A DNA stretch of 64,000 bases, taken from NCBI GenBank assembly GCA_964482515.1, contig CAYZXT010000006.1, forward strand, positions 28,521-92,520, given 5' to 3'. The position numbers were made by a program, and so were the translations under genes. The notes below the pieces were generated by a model. That model saw only the letters and a list, made by a program, of their open reading frames with translations. It ran no database searches and was not told the DNA's origin. Origin of the DNA: an uncultured Elusimicrobia bacterium (GTDB taxonomy: Bacteria; Elusimicrobiota; Elusimicrobia; FEN-1173). Below, piece by piece: positions 29,739 through 39,845 of the stretch; within the stretch, counting starts at the first letter, position 1; the number at the start of each line of letters is the position of its first letter.

Positions 29739-30287
29739 ATGAAAATCTACACCAAAGTCGGCGACGGCGGGAACACGTTCCTGTTCGGCGGCAAGAAAGT
29801 CGCGAAGAACGACCCGCGGGTGGAAAGCTACGGCGACGTGGACGAGCTCAATTGTTTCCTGGGCTGGGCCAAGACGCAGATCAAAGGGCCGGACCTGATC
29901 GAAAAGTTGGATGTCGTGCAGGACGAACTGTTCGTCCTGGGCGCGGACCTGGCGACGCCGGCCGGAACGAAATCACCGAAGAAGGTCCCGCGCATCACGC
30001 GCCGCAACGTGGCGCGGTTGGAAAAAGAAATCGACGAACTTGAAATGACCCTGCCGCCCCTGCGGACCTTCATCCTGCCGGGCGGACATCCCGGCGGAGC
30101 GTCCCTGCACTTGGCCCGCGCCGTCTGCCGGCGGGCCGAGCGCGCCTGCATTCCGCTCCTGAAGGCCGGCGCCGTCAGCCTCAACGCGCAAATCTACTTG
30201 AACCGCCTGTCCGATTACCTTTTCGTCCTGGCCCGCGCCGTCAACCACCGCGAGCGCTGGCCGGAAACCCCCTGGCACCCGAAGTAA
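29739..30287 (+). CDS. PduO-type ATP:cob(I)alamin adenosyltransferase
   Basis: MKIYTKVGDGGNTFLFGGKKVAKNDPRVESYGDVDELN matches the N-terminus of the PduO/MMAB family. Confidence 0.82.
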   Translation: MKIYTKVGDGGNTFLFGGKKVAKNDPRVESYGDVDELNCFLGWAKTQIKGPDLIEKLDVVQDELFVLGADLATPAGTKSPKKVPRITRRNVARLEKEIDELEMTLPPLRTFILPGGHPGGASLHLARAVCRRAERACIPLLKAGAVSLNAQIYLNRLSDYLFVLARAVNHRERWPETPWHPK

Positions 30288-30297
30288 ACCCGTCTTT

Positions 30298-31581
30298 TTA
30301 TTCTTTCACCGTCGCCGTGAAAAGAAGGTTTTTCCCTTTGACCATCTTTGAATAGACGACCCTGCTTCCGTCCGGCGAAAAGGACACGGTCGTCCAATTT
30401 TCGCTTTTCGGGACCACGAGCCTGAGCGGCTTTCCCGACGCGTATTTATACAGCTTGATGGGAGCGTAGGACTTATACGGCATGTGGGTGTAAACGTACA
30501 GAATGTCCTCCCGCTGCGTGTCCGCGAACCGGATGATCGGCCCGGAGATATCGAAGAGGTGCTCGACGGAATTTTCCCAGATCCGGTCGACCGAATAGGC
30601 TGCATCGTCGCCCTTGGGATAATAAATGAGCGGGCGGGGGCCCATGCCCCCGAAACCTGGATCGGTCACCAGCCCGGCCCAAGGGGCCGAAGCGCGCGAT
30701 ACCCAGAACGGGATCGACGAAACGGACCGGTCATCATTCTTCATGACGCGTATCTCCGGGATGAACTGGCGCCCTGAGGCGCGATCATCGTAATAGCAGG
30801 CGTAAAACCGCCGGTTGTAATTGCTAAAGACAAACCGGCTCGAGATATGTTCCGGATAGTCCGATATTTCCCTAAGGATCCTCAATACGTCCGGGTCCTT
30901 CCGGTACATATGTTCCAAACGTTTGATGTCTCCGCCGGGATCCCCGCGGCCCCACGCATTATCGGTGACGGCAAGCCCGGCCGATCCGTCAAACGCGTAT
31001 TCAATCTGATAGGACCGGTCGACCCCGTTGTGCATGTTGATGAAGAGGAGGTTGTTTGATTTCCATCCAAGGCCGGCGAAATGCGGCCCCACCAAAAACC
31101 GCGTGGACAAGAAGGCCTTGGATTTTTTTGTCTTCGTGTCGTACACGAGCAGGTCATGGGCCCTGACTCCGGAGGACGGATTGGATTCCGCGTAGGCCAC
31201 CTTGGTCATGTCCGGAGAGATAGCGGGAGTAAACACTTCCTTCGAACCGTCGGTGATCTGCTGTACGTCGACGAGCGTGAACCCCGCGGCGCTGGTCTCG
31301 AAGGTCAGCTTTCCGCCGAAAACCCAGCCCGTCAGGCCGGTGGACGTTTGGATGAAATACCAGCGGCCCTCCAGGCCGTCCATGGTCGCGGTGTAGGTGG
31401 TCTTGTTGAAAATCTCCGCCCGCTCGCCCTTGGACAGGTAGCCCCGGACTTCCGGCTTCTCGCTGATGTAGGTTTGGATCACCACCTTGTCCGCCTTTGA
31501 CACGACCGAATCGGCCCGCAGGACGCCGGCGCAGGAAAGGACGAGCGCCGCCGCCAGGATGAAATGTTTTTTTTGAGTCAT
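30298..31581 (-). CDS. secreted hypothetical protein (signal peptide, SH3-like N-domain, beta-propeller/TolB-like C-region)
   Basis: Signal peptide MTQKKHFILAAALVLSCAGVLRA. The C-terminal region is repetitive and beta-rich. Confidence 0.55.
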   Translation of the reverse strand: MTQKKHFILAAALVLSCAGVLRADSVVSKADKVVIQTYISEKPEVRGYLSKGERAEIFNKTTYTATMDGLEGRWYFIQTSTGLTGWVFGGKLTFETSAAGFTLVDVQQITDGSKEVFTPAISPDMTKVAYAESNPSSGVRAHDLLVYDTKTKKSKAFLSTRFLVGPHFAGLGWKSNNLLFINMHNGVDRSYQIEYAFDGSAGLAVTDNAWGRGDPGGDIKRLEHMYRKDPDVLRILREISDYPEHISSRFVFSNYNRRFYACYYDDRASGRQFIPEIRVMKNDDRSVSSIPFWVSRASAPWAGLVTDPGFGGMGPRPLIYYPKGDDAAYSVDRIWENSVEHLFDISGPIIRFADTQREDILYVYTHMPYKSYAPIKLYKYASGKPLRLVVPKSENWTTVSFSPDGSRVVYSKMVKGKNLLFTATVKE

Positions 31582-31641
31582 TGTTTCTCGTCCCCTTCAA
31601 TCCTATCGATGATCTTCTGATCGCCCTTCATGGAATCCCTC

Positions 31642-32013
31642 CTAGAACCTCGCTAGGATGAATTCGTGGAATTCTCCCATCCCATTCACAGCTTTCATTG
31701 CCTCCCGTTTATCGGCCTCTTCCCCCGGATAGCGGAATCGAACCGAATACTGATTAAGGAAATTTAAAACATCTTTTATCAATGCGAATGAACCATCAAC
31801 CTTTTCAGCTAAAACCTGCAAATCCATCAGATCATGCGTCTTTGGAAAACGCACGTTCTTCGAGGTGAGATAAGCTTTCAGATATTTTTCCGCGGATTGC
31901 TGGCAATGGAAGCAAACGACATCGTGAAGTTGTTTTTTGTTCTTGAGATATTGAACTGCCCGGTAATCCTGGTCGGCTTTCTCCAACCATTCCTTAACGA
32001 TCTTACCGTTCAT
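31642..32013 (-). CDS. HEPN domain protein (toxin component of a HEPN/MNT pair)
   Basis: Rx4-6H-like motif region (HDLMDL, RFRYPGEE). Small size. The low-GC gene overlaps the upstream MNT gene by 11 nt. Confidence 0.68.
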   Translation of the reverse strand: MNGKIVKEWLEKADQDYRAVQYLKNKKQLHDVVCFHCQQSAEKYLKAYLTSKNVRFPKTHDLMDLQVLAEKVDGSFALIKDVLNFLNQYSVRFRYPGEEADKREAMKAVNGMGEFHEFILARF

Positions 32014-32335
32014 AAAGGATATGGCCCTTCTCCATTATATCCTGAAGGAAGTAATCACCGTGTTTGATTCGCTCTTCAACCTCATCGGAATGACGGACGA
32101 TGATGTCCACGGGGAAAGGCCGGGGATCAAGCGCCTTAGAAGCCGCCAAGTAAGTCTGCTGGCGTTTCTCTTTGCTCTTCTCATCACAAATCAGCAGAAA
32201 ATCCACGTCGCTATCGGGCGTGGGCTTCCCATAGGCGTAGGAACCGAATAGCACGATCCGCTTAGGATGTACCGCCTCGGCCATCTTCTTGGCGGCCTGC
32301 TTTATTTTCTGACGAGTGATTGAATTATGTTTCAT
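32003..32335 (-). CDS. minimal nucleotidyltransferase (MNT) domain protein (antitoxin-like partner of HEPN)
   Basis: GSYAYGKPTPDSDVDFLLI is the GS-x9-13-DxD polymerase-beta-type nucleotidyltransferase motif. Confidence 0.75.
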   Translation of the reverse strand: MKHNSITRQKIKQAAKKMAEAVHPKRIVLFGSYAYGKPTPDSDVDFLLICDEKSKEKRQQTYLAASKALDPRPFPVDIIVRHSDEVEERIKHGDYFLQDIMEKGHILYER

Positions 32336-32351
32336 GGGTTTAGTTTAGAAT

Positions 32352-32801
32352 TTAATGATTAAATGAAACATAGAGATGCCCCGGACTTCCTGGAAAGCTT
32401 GCGTCATCATAAAATTCTTTAATGAATGACGGAAGAGCCATTAGTGTATCTACTCTTCCTTTAAACCATTCATTAAAAAGATTACCGCCACGAACAATCA
32501 CTGCTTTTGAAATATGAGAATCGGGAGCTTTTACAAAAGCGTTTATGAGGATTTCCGCATAGGGCGGAGTTACTGAAATTCGATCAAATAGTATACGGCA
32601 AAGAATTCCAAATTCTTGATCAGAAAGCCCATGAACTTGGCTGCTACAATCTGCAGAACCAAGAAGACAAAGATGTAGGGCGAGGGCGCCTTTTTCAGTC
32701 TTAAACATTGGATCATTATTTGTAAACAACTCACTCGCTTCAATAAACAGCAACAGACGTTCTTTTGCCGCTTCTAATGCGCTCGGCTTTTGTTCAAACA
32801 T
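32352..32801 (-). CDS. hypothetical protein (low-GC islet)
   Basis: 149-aa ORF with coding-like composition in an AT-rich segment (about 40% GC). No motif recognised. Confidence 0.45.
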   Translation of the reverse strand: MFEQKPSALEAAKERLLLFIEASELFTNNDPMFKTEKGALALHLCLLGSADCSSQVHGLSDQEFGILCRILFDRISVTPPYAEILINAFVKAPDSHISKAVIVRGGNLFNEWFKGRVDTLMALPSFIKEFYDDASFPGSPGHLYVSFNH

Positions 32802-32822
32802 TTTTCCTCTCTTATATTGTGT

Positions 32823-33110
32823 CTACCCCGCCACCGCCTCGGATTCACCGACTTGCGCTTCCGCCGTCCTCCACCCCTTGGTCAGACACCAAAGGCCGTA
32901 GCCGCCGAGGATGGCGATGGGGCTGAACAACGAGAGGACGCACCACACGATCCCCGCGGTGCGCGCCCAGGGTTTGTGCTTCAGGATCGCGTTTCCCAGG
33001 ACGATATGGAACGCCGCGCTGAGCAGAAACAAAGTCACCAGGACCGGCCGGACGTTCGGCAATTGTTTCCAGACCAGCACCGGGGTGACGAACACCGCGA
33101 CCGCGCCCAT
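32823..33110 (-). CDS. small membrane protein, hypothetical
   Basis: Three hydrophobic helices. 95 aa. Confidence 0.45.
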   Translation of the reverse strand: MGAVAVFVTPVLVWKQLPNVRPVLVTLFLLSAAFHIVLGNAILKHKPWARTAGIVWCVLSLFSPIAILGGYGLWCLTKGWRTAEAQVGESEAVAG

Positions 33111-33184
33111 GACGATGATGATCCATCCGGCGTGCCTGTAGGGCCGGCTTTCCTCCGCCGTTTTCGGTCTGCGTTCCGTGAAAA

Positions 33185-34882
33185 TTATTTCGGCACCCGA
33201 AGCACCGCGCCCTCGCTGGCCGACGTTACCATCGCCGCGTAGCGGGCCAGCCAGCCGGTCGTGTACTTCGGCTTGAGCGGCTTCCAGCTCTTGCGGCGCT
33301 TGGCCAGTTCCTTGGGCGTCAGATCCACGCTCAGGGTTTTCTTGTCCGCGTCGATGGTGATCATGTCGCCGTTCTTCAGCAGGCCGATGACGCCGCCCAC
33401 CGCCGCTTCGGGCGCGATGTGCCCCACCACCAAACCGTGGGTGCCGCCGGAGAAGCGTCCGTCCGTGATCAGGCCGACGGACTCCCCCATCCCCTTGCCG
33501 CTAATGATGGCCGTGAGGGACAGCATCTCCCGCATGCCCGGCCCGCCCTTGGGCCCCTCGTTGCGCACCACCACCACGTCGCCGTCCTTCACCTTGCCGT
33601 TCAGCGCCGCGGCCGTGGCCGCCTCTTCCGATTCATAAACTTTCGCCGGGCCCGTGATCTTGGTGCGCTTCAGGCCGGAGATCTTCGCCACCGCGCCTTC
33701 GGACGCCAGGTTGCCGTGGAGGATCACGATGGGGCTGGAGCCGCGCAGAGGGTTCTTCAAGTCGTTGATGATAGGCTGGCCCGCCTCGAGGTCGGGAAAC
33801 TCCGCCAGGTTCTCGGCGAGGGTCTTTCCCGTCACGGTCATGGCGCTGCCATCCAGCAAACCCGCGGCCAAAAGGATCTTCATCACGCCGGGCACGCCTC
33901 CGACCTTGTGCAGGTCGAACATGGAATATTTTCCGCTGGGCTTCAGGTCCGCCAGGTGCGGGACCTTCTTCCCGATGCGTTCGAAGTCCGACAGGCTCAG
34001 CTTCACGTTGAACGCGTCGGCGATGGCCATCAAATGGAGCACCGCGTTGGTGGAACCGCCGAGCGCCATCACCAGCGCGATGGCGTTCTCGAAGGAGTTC
34101 TTCTTCACGATGTCCCGCGGCCGGAGGTTCTTCTCCAAAAGCTTCACCACGGCCTCGCCCGCCTCGCCGCACTCCAGCTTCTTCTCCTCGGACTCCGCCG
34201 GGAACGACGAGCTGCCGGGCAGGCTCATGCCCATCACTTCGATGGCGCTGGCCATGGTGTTGGCCGTGTACATGCCGCCGCAGGAACCCGCGCCCGGGCA
34301 GGCGGTGCACTCGATGCGCTTCACCTGCGCCGCGTCCATGGCGCCCGCGTTGAACTGCCCCACCGCCTCGAACACGCTGACGATGTCCACGTCCTTGCCG
34401 TCGGTGTGGCCCGGCTTGATGCTCCCGCCGTAGCAGAACACGGCGGGCACGTTGATGCGGCCCATGCTCATCATGCAGCCCGGCATGTTCTTGTCGCAGC
34501 CGCCGATGGCCACGTAGCCGTCCATGCGCATGGCGTTGACCACGGTCTCGATGGAGTCCGCGATGATCTCGCGGCTCGGCAGCGAGTATCGCATGCCTTC
34601 GGTGCCCATGGAAATCCCGTCGGAGACCGTGATGGTGTTGAATATCTGCGGCGCGCCGCCCGCCCGGATGGCGCCGGCCTTGGCGTGGACGGCCAGGTGG
34701 TTGATGTGCACGTTGCAGGGCGTGATTTCGCTCCAGGTGCTGGCGATGCCGATCATGGGCTTGGTGAAATCATCGTCGCGAAAGCCGACGTCGCGCAGCA
34801 TGGCGCGGTTGGGCGAGCGGTTGATCCCGTCGGTCAGCTCGCCGCTACGGATTTTGAGATTGTTCTTGGTTTCGTTGGACAT
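33185..34882 (-). CDS. ilvD: dihydroxy-acid dehydratase
   Basis: Collinear with IlvD/EDD family ([22 protein letters not shown] Fe-S ligand regions, [14 protein letters not shown]). GGAG RBS before the ATG at 34882. The upstream part of the listed 600-aa ORF is an N-terminal over-extension. Confidence 0.96.
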   Translation of the reverse strand: MSNETKNNLKIRSGELTDGINRSPNRAMLRDVGFRDDDFTKPMIGIASTWSEITPCNVHINHLAVHAKAGAIRAGGAPQIFNTITVSDGISMGTEGMRYSLPSREIIADSIETVVNAMRMDGYVAIGGCDKNMPGCMMSMGRINVPAVFCYGGSIKPGHTDGKDVDIVSVFEAVGQFNAGAMDAAQVKRIECTACPGAGSCGGMYTANTMASAIEVMGMSLPGSSSFPAESEEKKLECGEAGEAVVKLLEKNLRPRDIVKKNSFENAIALVMALGGSTNAVLHLMAIADAFNVKLSLSDFERIGKKVPHLADLKPSGKYSMFDLHKVGGVPGVMKILLAAGLLDGSAMTVTGKTLAENLAEFPDLEAGQPIINDLKNPLRGSSPIVILHGNLASEGAVAKISGLKRTKITGPAKVYESEEAATAAALNGKVKDGDVVVVRNEGPKGGPGMREMLSLTAIISGKGMGESVGLITDGRFSGGTHGLVVGHIAPEAAVGGVIGLLKNGDMITIDADKKTLSVDLTPKELAKRRKSWKPLKPKYTTGWLARYAAMVTSASEGAVLRVPK

Positions 34883-34902
34883 TTTATTCTCCTCGTTATG
34901 CT

Positions 34903-35220
34903 TTAAATCTTGATTTGCCAAAAAACACATGCAGCCGCTACAAACCAATATGCGGCGAATCCTGCCCACACGATCAGAACGCTCCAAAACGCCAAGGGGA
35001 AATCCTTGCGCTCAAAACTCACCTCGCGTATCCAATGCATATAATTCATCCTTCCAGTGATCAGGCCATGCGCGATCATGGCCAAACCGGCGCAGCCCAA
35101 TAAAAGAAACAGGGCTGCCAATTGGTTGGGATTGTCGGAATTGAATTTATAATAAAAAATTAACCCGAGGGTTATACCTGCCGCCAACGCACCCAGATTG
35201 ATTAAGAAACGTTTTATCAA
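34903..35220 (-). CDS. small membrane protein, hypothetical
   Basis: 105 aa with 3-4 hydrophobic helices. Confidence 0.45.
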   Translation of the reverse strand: MIKRFLINLGALAAGITLGLIFYYKFNSDNPNQLAALFLLLGCAGLAMIAHGLITGRMNYMHWIREVSFERKDFPLAFWSVLIVWAGFAAYWFVAAACVFWQIKI

Positions 35221-35228
35221 GCTTCTCC

Positions 35229-35908
35229 TTATTTAAACAGCTCCGCCAGGGACGCCGCGCGGACCGCGGTCAACGCCGGGACAATGAGGTCCGCCGCTTT
35301 CAGTTCTTCCGCCGAATAGGAATTACAGACCGCCGCGCATTTCATGCCCGCGGCATGGGCCGAATCGACGCCGTGTTTGGAATCCTCGATCACCAGGCAT
35401 TCCGCGGGCTGGATCTTCTTCGCCGGATATTTTTTGTTCAGCAGTTCCAACGCCAGCAGGAAAGCGTCCGGCGCCGGTTTGCCGTTCTTCACGTCTTCGG
35501 CGGACACAACCACATCGAAATATTGCGTGATGGCCGCCGTGTCGAGGGCCATGCGGACTTCTTCCTTCAGGGCCCCCGATGCCACGGCAAGCGGGTACTT
35601 CTGCGAGAGCGCCATCACCAGCTCCACCACGCCGGGCAGGATGACGAGGTTGCCCGACGCCTTTTCCTTGTACAGGACGGACTTCCGCGCGCGGAGCTCT
35701 TGGAGCTGTTCAGCTGTAGCCGATTTCCCGTGGTCGGAGAGGACGGCGTTGAAGGATTTCTTGTCGTCCATGGCGAGGTATTTGTCCAGATATTGTTCCT
35801 TGGTGAGCGTGACGCCGAGCTCGCCGACCAAGTCGCGCAATAGGGAAAAGTGCAGCTCTTCGGAATCGGCGATGACGCCGTCACAGTCGAAAATCACGAC
35901 CTTCAGCA
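35229..35908 (-). CDS. HAD-superfamily hydrolase (beta-phosphoglucomutase-like subfamily IA)
   Basis: Motif I VVIFDCDGVI, motif III K and motif IV EDSKHGVDSAHAAGM. Only the C-terminal about 226 codons of the listed 532-aa ORF are genuine. The remainder overlaps the hpnE-like gene in another frame. Confidence 0.8.
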
Positions 35909-37276
35909 TGGTGTCTCCTGGAGAACATGTTTTTGCATGAATTCGTGCGCGAGCGCCCCGGCGCGGTGGCCGCTGCGGCAGGCGGCTTCGATCGTCGGCG
36001 GCAGTCCTGAGTCGACCCAGTCGCCCGCGAGGAAGAAGTTTTTCAGCGCGGTCTCGGACTTCGGCCGGTTCTTCCAGAATTCCGGCGTCGGAGAAGGCGT
36101 GGCCTGGCGCTCCCAAAGCACCGAGGAATGCTTCAGGCTTTTCTTGTCCGCGGCCGGAAAACATTTTTTCAAATCCTTCAGGGCGAAGTGGATGACTTCC
36201 TCGTTCGTCATCTTCGTGAAGTCCGGCCCGTAGCCCGTGGGATTGGCCCCGCTCAACACCAGCGACACGTAACCCGGCGTGGCGGCCTTTCCGTTCCACA
36301 GGCGGTGGCGGTTGAAGATCCAATGGAAATGTCCGTCCAACAGACCGGCGAAAGGTTCGGCGAAAAGCGCCGGGTCGAACCAGAGGTTCACGGACAGGAT
36401 GGCCGAGTGGGACGCCGGGTCCAGGCCCCGGTAGTAGTCTTTGATCTCCGCAGGACAGATCTTGGTGAAGGCGGCCAGGGGCACGGCGCAGACCACCGCG
36501 TCCGCCTCCACCGTCTCGCCGCTCTGTAATATAATCTTCTGGATCCGGTCGCTCTCCACCTTGAAGCCCGTCACGACCTGGCGGTAGCTCACCACTCCTT
36601 CGCGCGCCTTCAAATAACCGGGCAGCTCCATGGGCCAAAGCTTGCTGAGGCTGAGGGCCGAATACCCCAACCGCATGTCGGCGGATTTCCGCAGGAAGCC
36701 TTCGCGCAGGACCACGGCCAGCGCCGCCATGGACGCGCGATCCGGGTGCTCGTTCAGCGTGGCGAGGCAAAGCGGCGTCCAGAAGGCCCGCCGGACACCC
36801 GCGGTCTGTTTCTTGCGCGCCAGCCACTGGGAAACGGTCAGGTCTGCGAAATCTTCGCGACGCCGGAACCTGAAACCCGCCAGGGCGCGGATAAGGGAAA
36901 GCCGCTCGCCCAAACGCATCGCGCCGAAACCCAGGAACCCGGCGGCGAAGCCGGCCGCGCCGGAAAAAAGGGCGGGCTTCAACGTGTGGACGCGGCCCGC
37001 GCCGTTGTAGAAGGGGATGCGCAGGGACGGAAAGAACTTGAGCCGCTCCTCCACGCCCAGGCGGCGGAGAAACGAGATGGTGTCGCGATAGCAGCCGAGG
37101 AACAAGTGCTGGCCGTTGTCCACCTCGTCGCCGACGGTCCCGTCGCGGAGCGAGAACGTTCGCCCGCCCAGGGTCCCTCGCTGTTCGATCAGGGTGACGG
37201 GCAGGCCCAACTCGGCCAGCGCCGACGCCGCGGCCGCGCCCGCAAAACCGCCGCCGATGACGATCACGTGTCTCAT
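35903..37276 (-). CDS. hpnE: FAD-dependent amine-oxidase family protein, HpnE-like hydroxysqualene dehydroxylase
   Basis: Dinucleotide-binding VIVIGGGFAGAAAASALAELG...EQRGTLGGR and a DNGQH motif. Directly downstream of two squalene/phytoene-synthase paralogues, as in hpnCDE clusters. Confidence 0.72.
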   Translation of the reverse strand: MRHVIVIGGGFAGAAAASALAELGLPVTLIEQRGTLGGRTFSLRDGTVGDEVDNGQHLFLGCYRDTISFLRRLGVEERLKFFPSLRIPFYNGAGRVHTLKPALFSGAAGFAAGFLGFGAMRLGERLSLIRALAGFRFRRREDFADLTVSQWLARKKQTAGVRRAFWTPLCLATLNEHPDRASMAALAVVLREGFLRKSADMRLGYSALSLSKLWPMELPGYLKAREGVVSYRQVVTGFKVESDRIQKIILQSGETVEADAVVCAVPLAAFTKICPAEIKDYYRGLDPASHSAILSVNLWFDPALFAEPFAGLLDGHFHWIFNRHRLWNGKAATPGYVSLVLSGANPTGYGPDFTKMTNEEVIHFALKDLKKCFPAADKKSLKHSSVLWERQATPSPTPEFWKNRPKSETALKNFFLAGDWVDSGLPPTIEAACRSGHRAGALAHEFMQKHVLQETPC

Positions 37277-37277
37277 C

Positions 37278-38147
37278 TCATGAAACCCACTCTTTCCATA
37301 ATACGCCGCCCACGCTTTTTAATTTCTGAAATGCCGTCAACCGGACGCGCCCGCCTCCGAAAACGGGAAACCCGGCGCGCTCGATTTTTTCCAAAAGGGA
37401 CCGGTACACCGCGCCCATGATCAGGGCGGGCCGGGCCGCGCGGAGGCTCGAGGCGGGCAAATCCGCCAGGGCGCGGGCGTACATCTCCCGGGCGCGGTTC
37501 GCCTCGAAGCGCAGCAACCGCTGAAGCGCCGGCGACATCCTTCCCGCGAGAATGTCCTCCTCCGAACAGTTGAAGCGTTTGATGTCTTCTCCGGGGATAT
37601 AAATTCTTCCGACGGCGGCGTCCGCGCCCACGTCCCGGAGGATGTTGGTGAGCTGGACCGCGTAGCCCAGGTGGATGGCGAAGGAGCAATGCCTGGTTTC
37701 GTCCAAGCCGAAGACCGGCAGGCACGCCAGCCCCACGGTCGACGCCACGCCGTAGCAGTATTTCAAAAGCCCGTCGAAGGTCTCGTAGCGCCGCCGCGAC
37801 AGGTCCATCTCTACCCCGTCGATCAAGTCCAAAAGGTGCCGGACGCTGATGTCGTACTCGTCGAGCGCCGCGCTGAGCGCCTCCCAGGTGCGCCGGTCGA
37901 TACGCGCGCTCGGCTCTTTTTCGGGGTTCTGGAGCAGATCCCGCCATTCGTCGAGCGCGTCCTTGGCCCGCGCCGGATCATGCTCATGATCGACGGAATC
38001 GTCCACCGCGCGGCAAAAAGCGTAAACGGCCTGCAGCGCCAGCCGCCGCTCCGCGGGCAGAAAGAAAAAAGCGGGCGCGAAGTTGCTGGCGCGGAAAACG
38101 CTCAGGGGAGACGGGGTCAACCGGGGCAAAGCGGCGGAGGGTGTCAT
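37278..38147 (-). CDS. squalene/phytoene synthase family protein (HpnD-like, assigned by gene order)
   Basis: Two Asp-rich motifs typical of trans-isoprenyl diphosphate synthases head-to-head (AVDDSVD; ILRDVGADAAVGRIYIP). Confidence 0.75.
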   Translation of the reverse strand: MTPSAALPRLTPSPLSVFRASNFAPAFFFLPAERRLALQAVYAFCRAVDDSVDHEHDPARAKDALDEWRDLLQNPEKEPSARIDRRTWEALSAALDEYDISVRHLLDLIDGVEMDLSRRRYETFDGLLKYCYGVASTVGLACLPVFGLDETRHCSFAIHLGYAVQLTNILRDVGADAAVGRIYIPGEDIKRFNCSEEDILAGRMSPALQRLLRFEANRAREMYARALADLPASSLRAARPALIMGAVYRSLLEKIERAGFPVFGGGRVRLTAFQKLKSVGGVLWKEWVS

Positions 38148-38148
38148 A

Positions 38149-39195
38149 TCAACGGGAAACCGCTGAAGCGGGAGACGGGGAGGAACGCCAAAACAGCCAG
38201 CGCTTCATCAGCCGGGCCCAATCGAAAACCTTGATGCGGGGGCGCGACGACCAGACGTTCCATTGCGCGGCGTCGATTTTTTCCAGGATATGGGTCCCGC
38301 CCAGCCAAACGAGACGCAGTTCCTTCCGCAGGCGGGGAGACACGTCGTCGCAGAGCGGGCGGCCGGAAAGGAAAAGCGCCCAGGTGCGGTCGGACTGCGC
38401 CGCCATGAGCTCGCGCAGCGCCGGCGTGACGGGCCCGTACATCACCTGCTCCTCGGTCACGTCGAACATGTCCATGTCCTGCTGTGGAATGTATATCCGG
38501 TCCTTCTTCGCGTCCACGGTCACGTCCTGCCAGAAGTTCGCCAGCTGGAGCGCGGTGCAGATGTCGTCGGACCAGCGGCCGCGCTCTTCCGTCCACTCGC
38601 CGAAGATCCGCAGCACCAGTTCCCCCACCGGGTTGGCCGAATGGCGGCAATAGTAAAGGAGGTCATCGAAGGACTTGTGTCGGTTCTTCGTGACGTCCAT
38701 CTCGAAAGCCGTGATCAGCCGTTCAAAGGGATCGAGCGGCAGGCCGAAGCGCGCGATCGTATCGGCGAGGGCCCAGAACACGGGGTGGCGGCGGTGGTCG
38801 GTGGAACAGGCCCGCAACCGTTCGCGCCAATCCGCCAGCCGGTTCAGCCTCTCCGAGGGCTCCAGCGCGCCTTCATCGGCGAAGTCGTCGGCCAAACGGG
38901 CAAAAGCATAAACCGCGGCGATGGGCCCGCGCAGGCCGGCGGGGATGAACCGCGAGGCCACGGGGAAGTTCTCGTAATGGGAGCGGCTGAGGGCGAGGCA
39001 GGAGGCGTAGGATTCGGCTAAGGACCCGGCGCGTTCCGTTGTTTCACCCGCCGGGATAGCAGCGGCAAAATTCATAAATTGGAGGCTCGCATGGGAAAAG
39101 GTTTGAACGGGTTTCATTATAGCAAAAAAGGCCGGAGGGGCCCTGCGGGGAGGATAGGCAAAAAAACGCGGGTGGACCCCCGTTAAGGGACCCAC
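38149..39195 (-). CDS. squalene/phytoene synthase family protein (HpnC-like, assigned by gene order)
   Basis: LADDFAD and NFWQDVTVDAKKDRIYIP motifs. A paralogue of the adjacent gene. Confidence 0.75.
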   Translation of the reverse strand: MGPLTGVHPRFFAYPPRRAPPAFFAIMKPVQTFSHASLQFMNFAAAIPAGETTERAGSLAESYASCLALSRSHYENFPVASRFIPAGLRGPIAAVYAFARLADDFADEGALEPSERLNRLADWRERLRACSTDHRRHPVFWALADTIARFGLPLDPFERLITAFEMDVTKNRHKSFDDLLYYCRHSANPVGELVLRIFGEWTEERGRWSDDICTALQLANFWQDVTVDAKKDRIYIPQQDMDMFDVTEEQVMYGPVTPALRELMAAQSDRTWALFLSGRPLCDDVSPRLRKELRLVWLGGTHILEKIDAAQWNVWSSRPRIKVFDWARLMKRWLFWRSSPSPASAVSR

Positions 39196-39212
39196 CCGCG
39201 GAGAGAGATATC

Positions 39213-39470
39213 TTATTTCGCGTGCTTGGCGACCAGCTTGGTCATCTCGAACATGTTGACCGTTTTTTTGCCGCCGAAAATGGCCAAAAGGGCATCGTCA
39301 GCGTTGATGTTGCGGCGGTTCTTTTTGTCCTGAAGACCGTTCTTCTTGATGTACGCCCACAATTTCTTGGTGATCTCCGTGCGCGGAAGCGCTTTGGATC
39401 CCACGACAACCGCCAATTTATCGTCCGGTTGGATGGGTTTCATGAAAGCTGCATTTGCTTTTCTGACCAT
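39213..39470 (-). CDS. SWIB/MDM2 domain protein
   Basis: VVGSKALPRTEITKKLWAYIKKNGLQDKKNRRNINADDALLAIFGGKKTVNMFEMTKLV matches the SWIB domain consensus. Confidence 0.75.
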   Translation of the reverse strand: MVRKANAAFMKPIQPDDKLAVVVGSKALPRTEITKKLWAYIKKNGLQDKKNRRNINADDALLAIFGGKKTVNMFEMTKLVAKHAK

Positions 39471-39559
39471 GGTTCCTCCTGGAAATTTATGCTCAACGTC
39501 CTCAAAGTAGCAAATTCCCTGCATCTATCGCCAGAAGAATCTTCTGGCGATGCCGCCGA

Positions 39560-39841
39560 TCAGCCGCCGGAGCCGGAGTTCGAGGAGCCGGTGGACGCCT
39601 TCCGCGCGCCCGGCCCGCCCGCCACCTTGCCGATCACGTTCTTCAGCCAGCTTTTCTTCGCGCCGCCCGCGTCGGGCTTATGGGACTGGGATTTCTTTTC
39701 GTCCGGCGCATCGGCCCGCGGCGCGAACTGCGCCTTCGCCAGGGCCTTGCTCTCCTTGACCTGGTCTTCGGCCAGGTGACATTTCTTATACTTCTTCCCC
39801 GAACCGCAATGGCAGGGGTCGTTCCGTCCGATGTCGTTCAT
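39560..39841 (-). CDS. SEC-C metal-binding motif domain protein
   Basis: N-terminal NDPCHCGSGKKYKKCH is the SEC-C zinc-binding motif. The remainder is a low-complexity basic/Gly-rich tail. Confidence 0.6.
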   Translation of the reverse strand: MNDIGRNDPCHCGSGKKYKKCHLAEDQVKESKALAKAQFAPRADAPDEKKSQSHKPDAGGAKKSWLKNVIGKVAGGPGARKASTGSSNSGSGG

Positions 39842-39845
39842 GATT

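Noticed and set aside
33419-34906. 495-aa plus-strand ORF
   Set aside because: Antisense to ilvD, which is unambiguous.
35229-36827. 532-aa ORF listed as one gene
   Set aside because: Only its C-terminal about 226 codons (HAD hydrolase, starting MLKVVIFDCDG at 35908) are genuine. The N-terminal part overlaps the HpnE-like gene in another frame and is Arg/Gly-rich.
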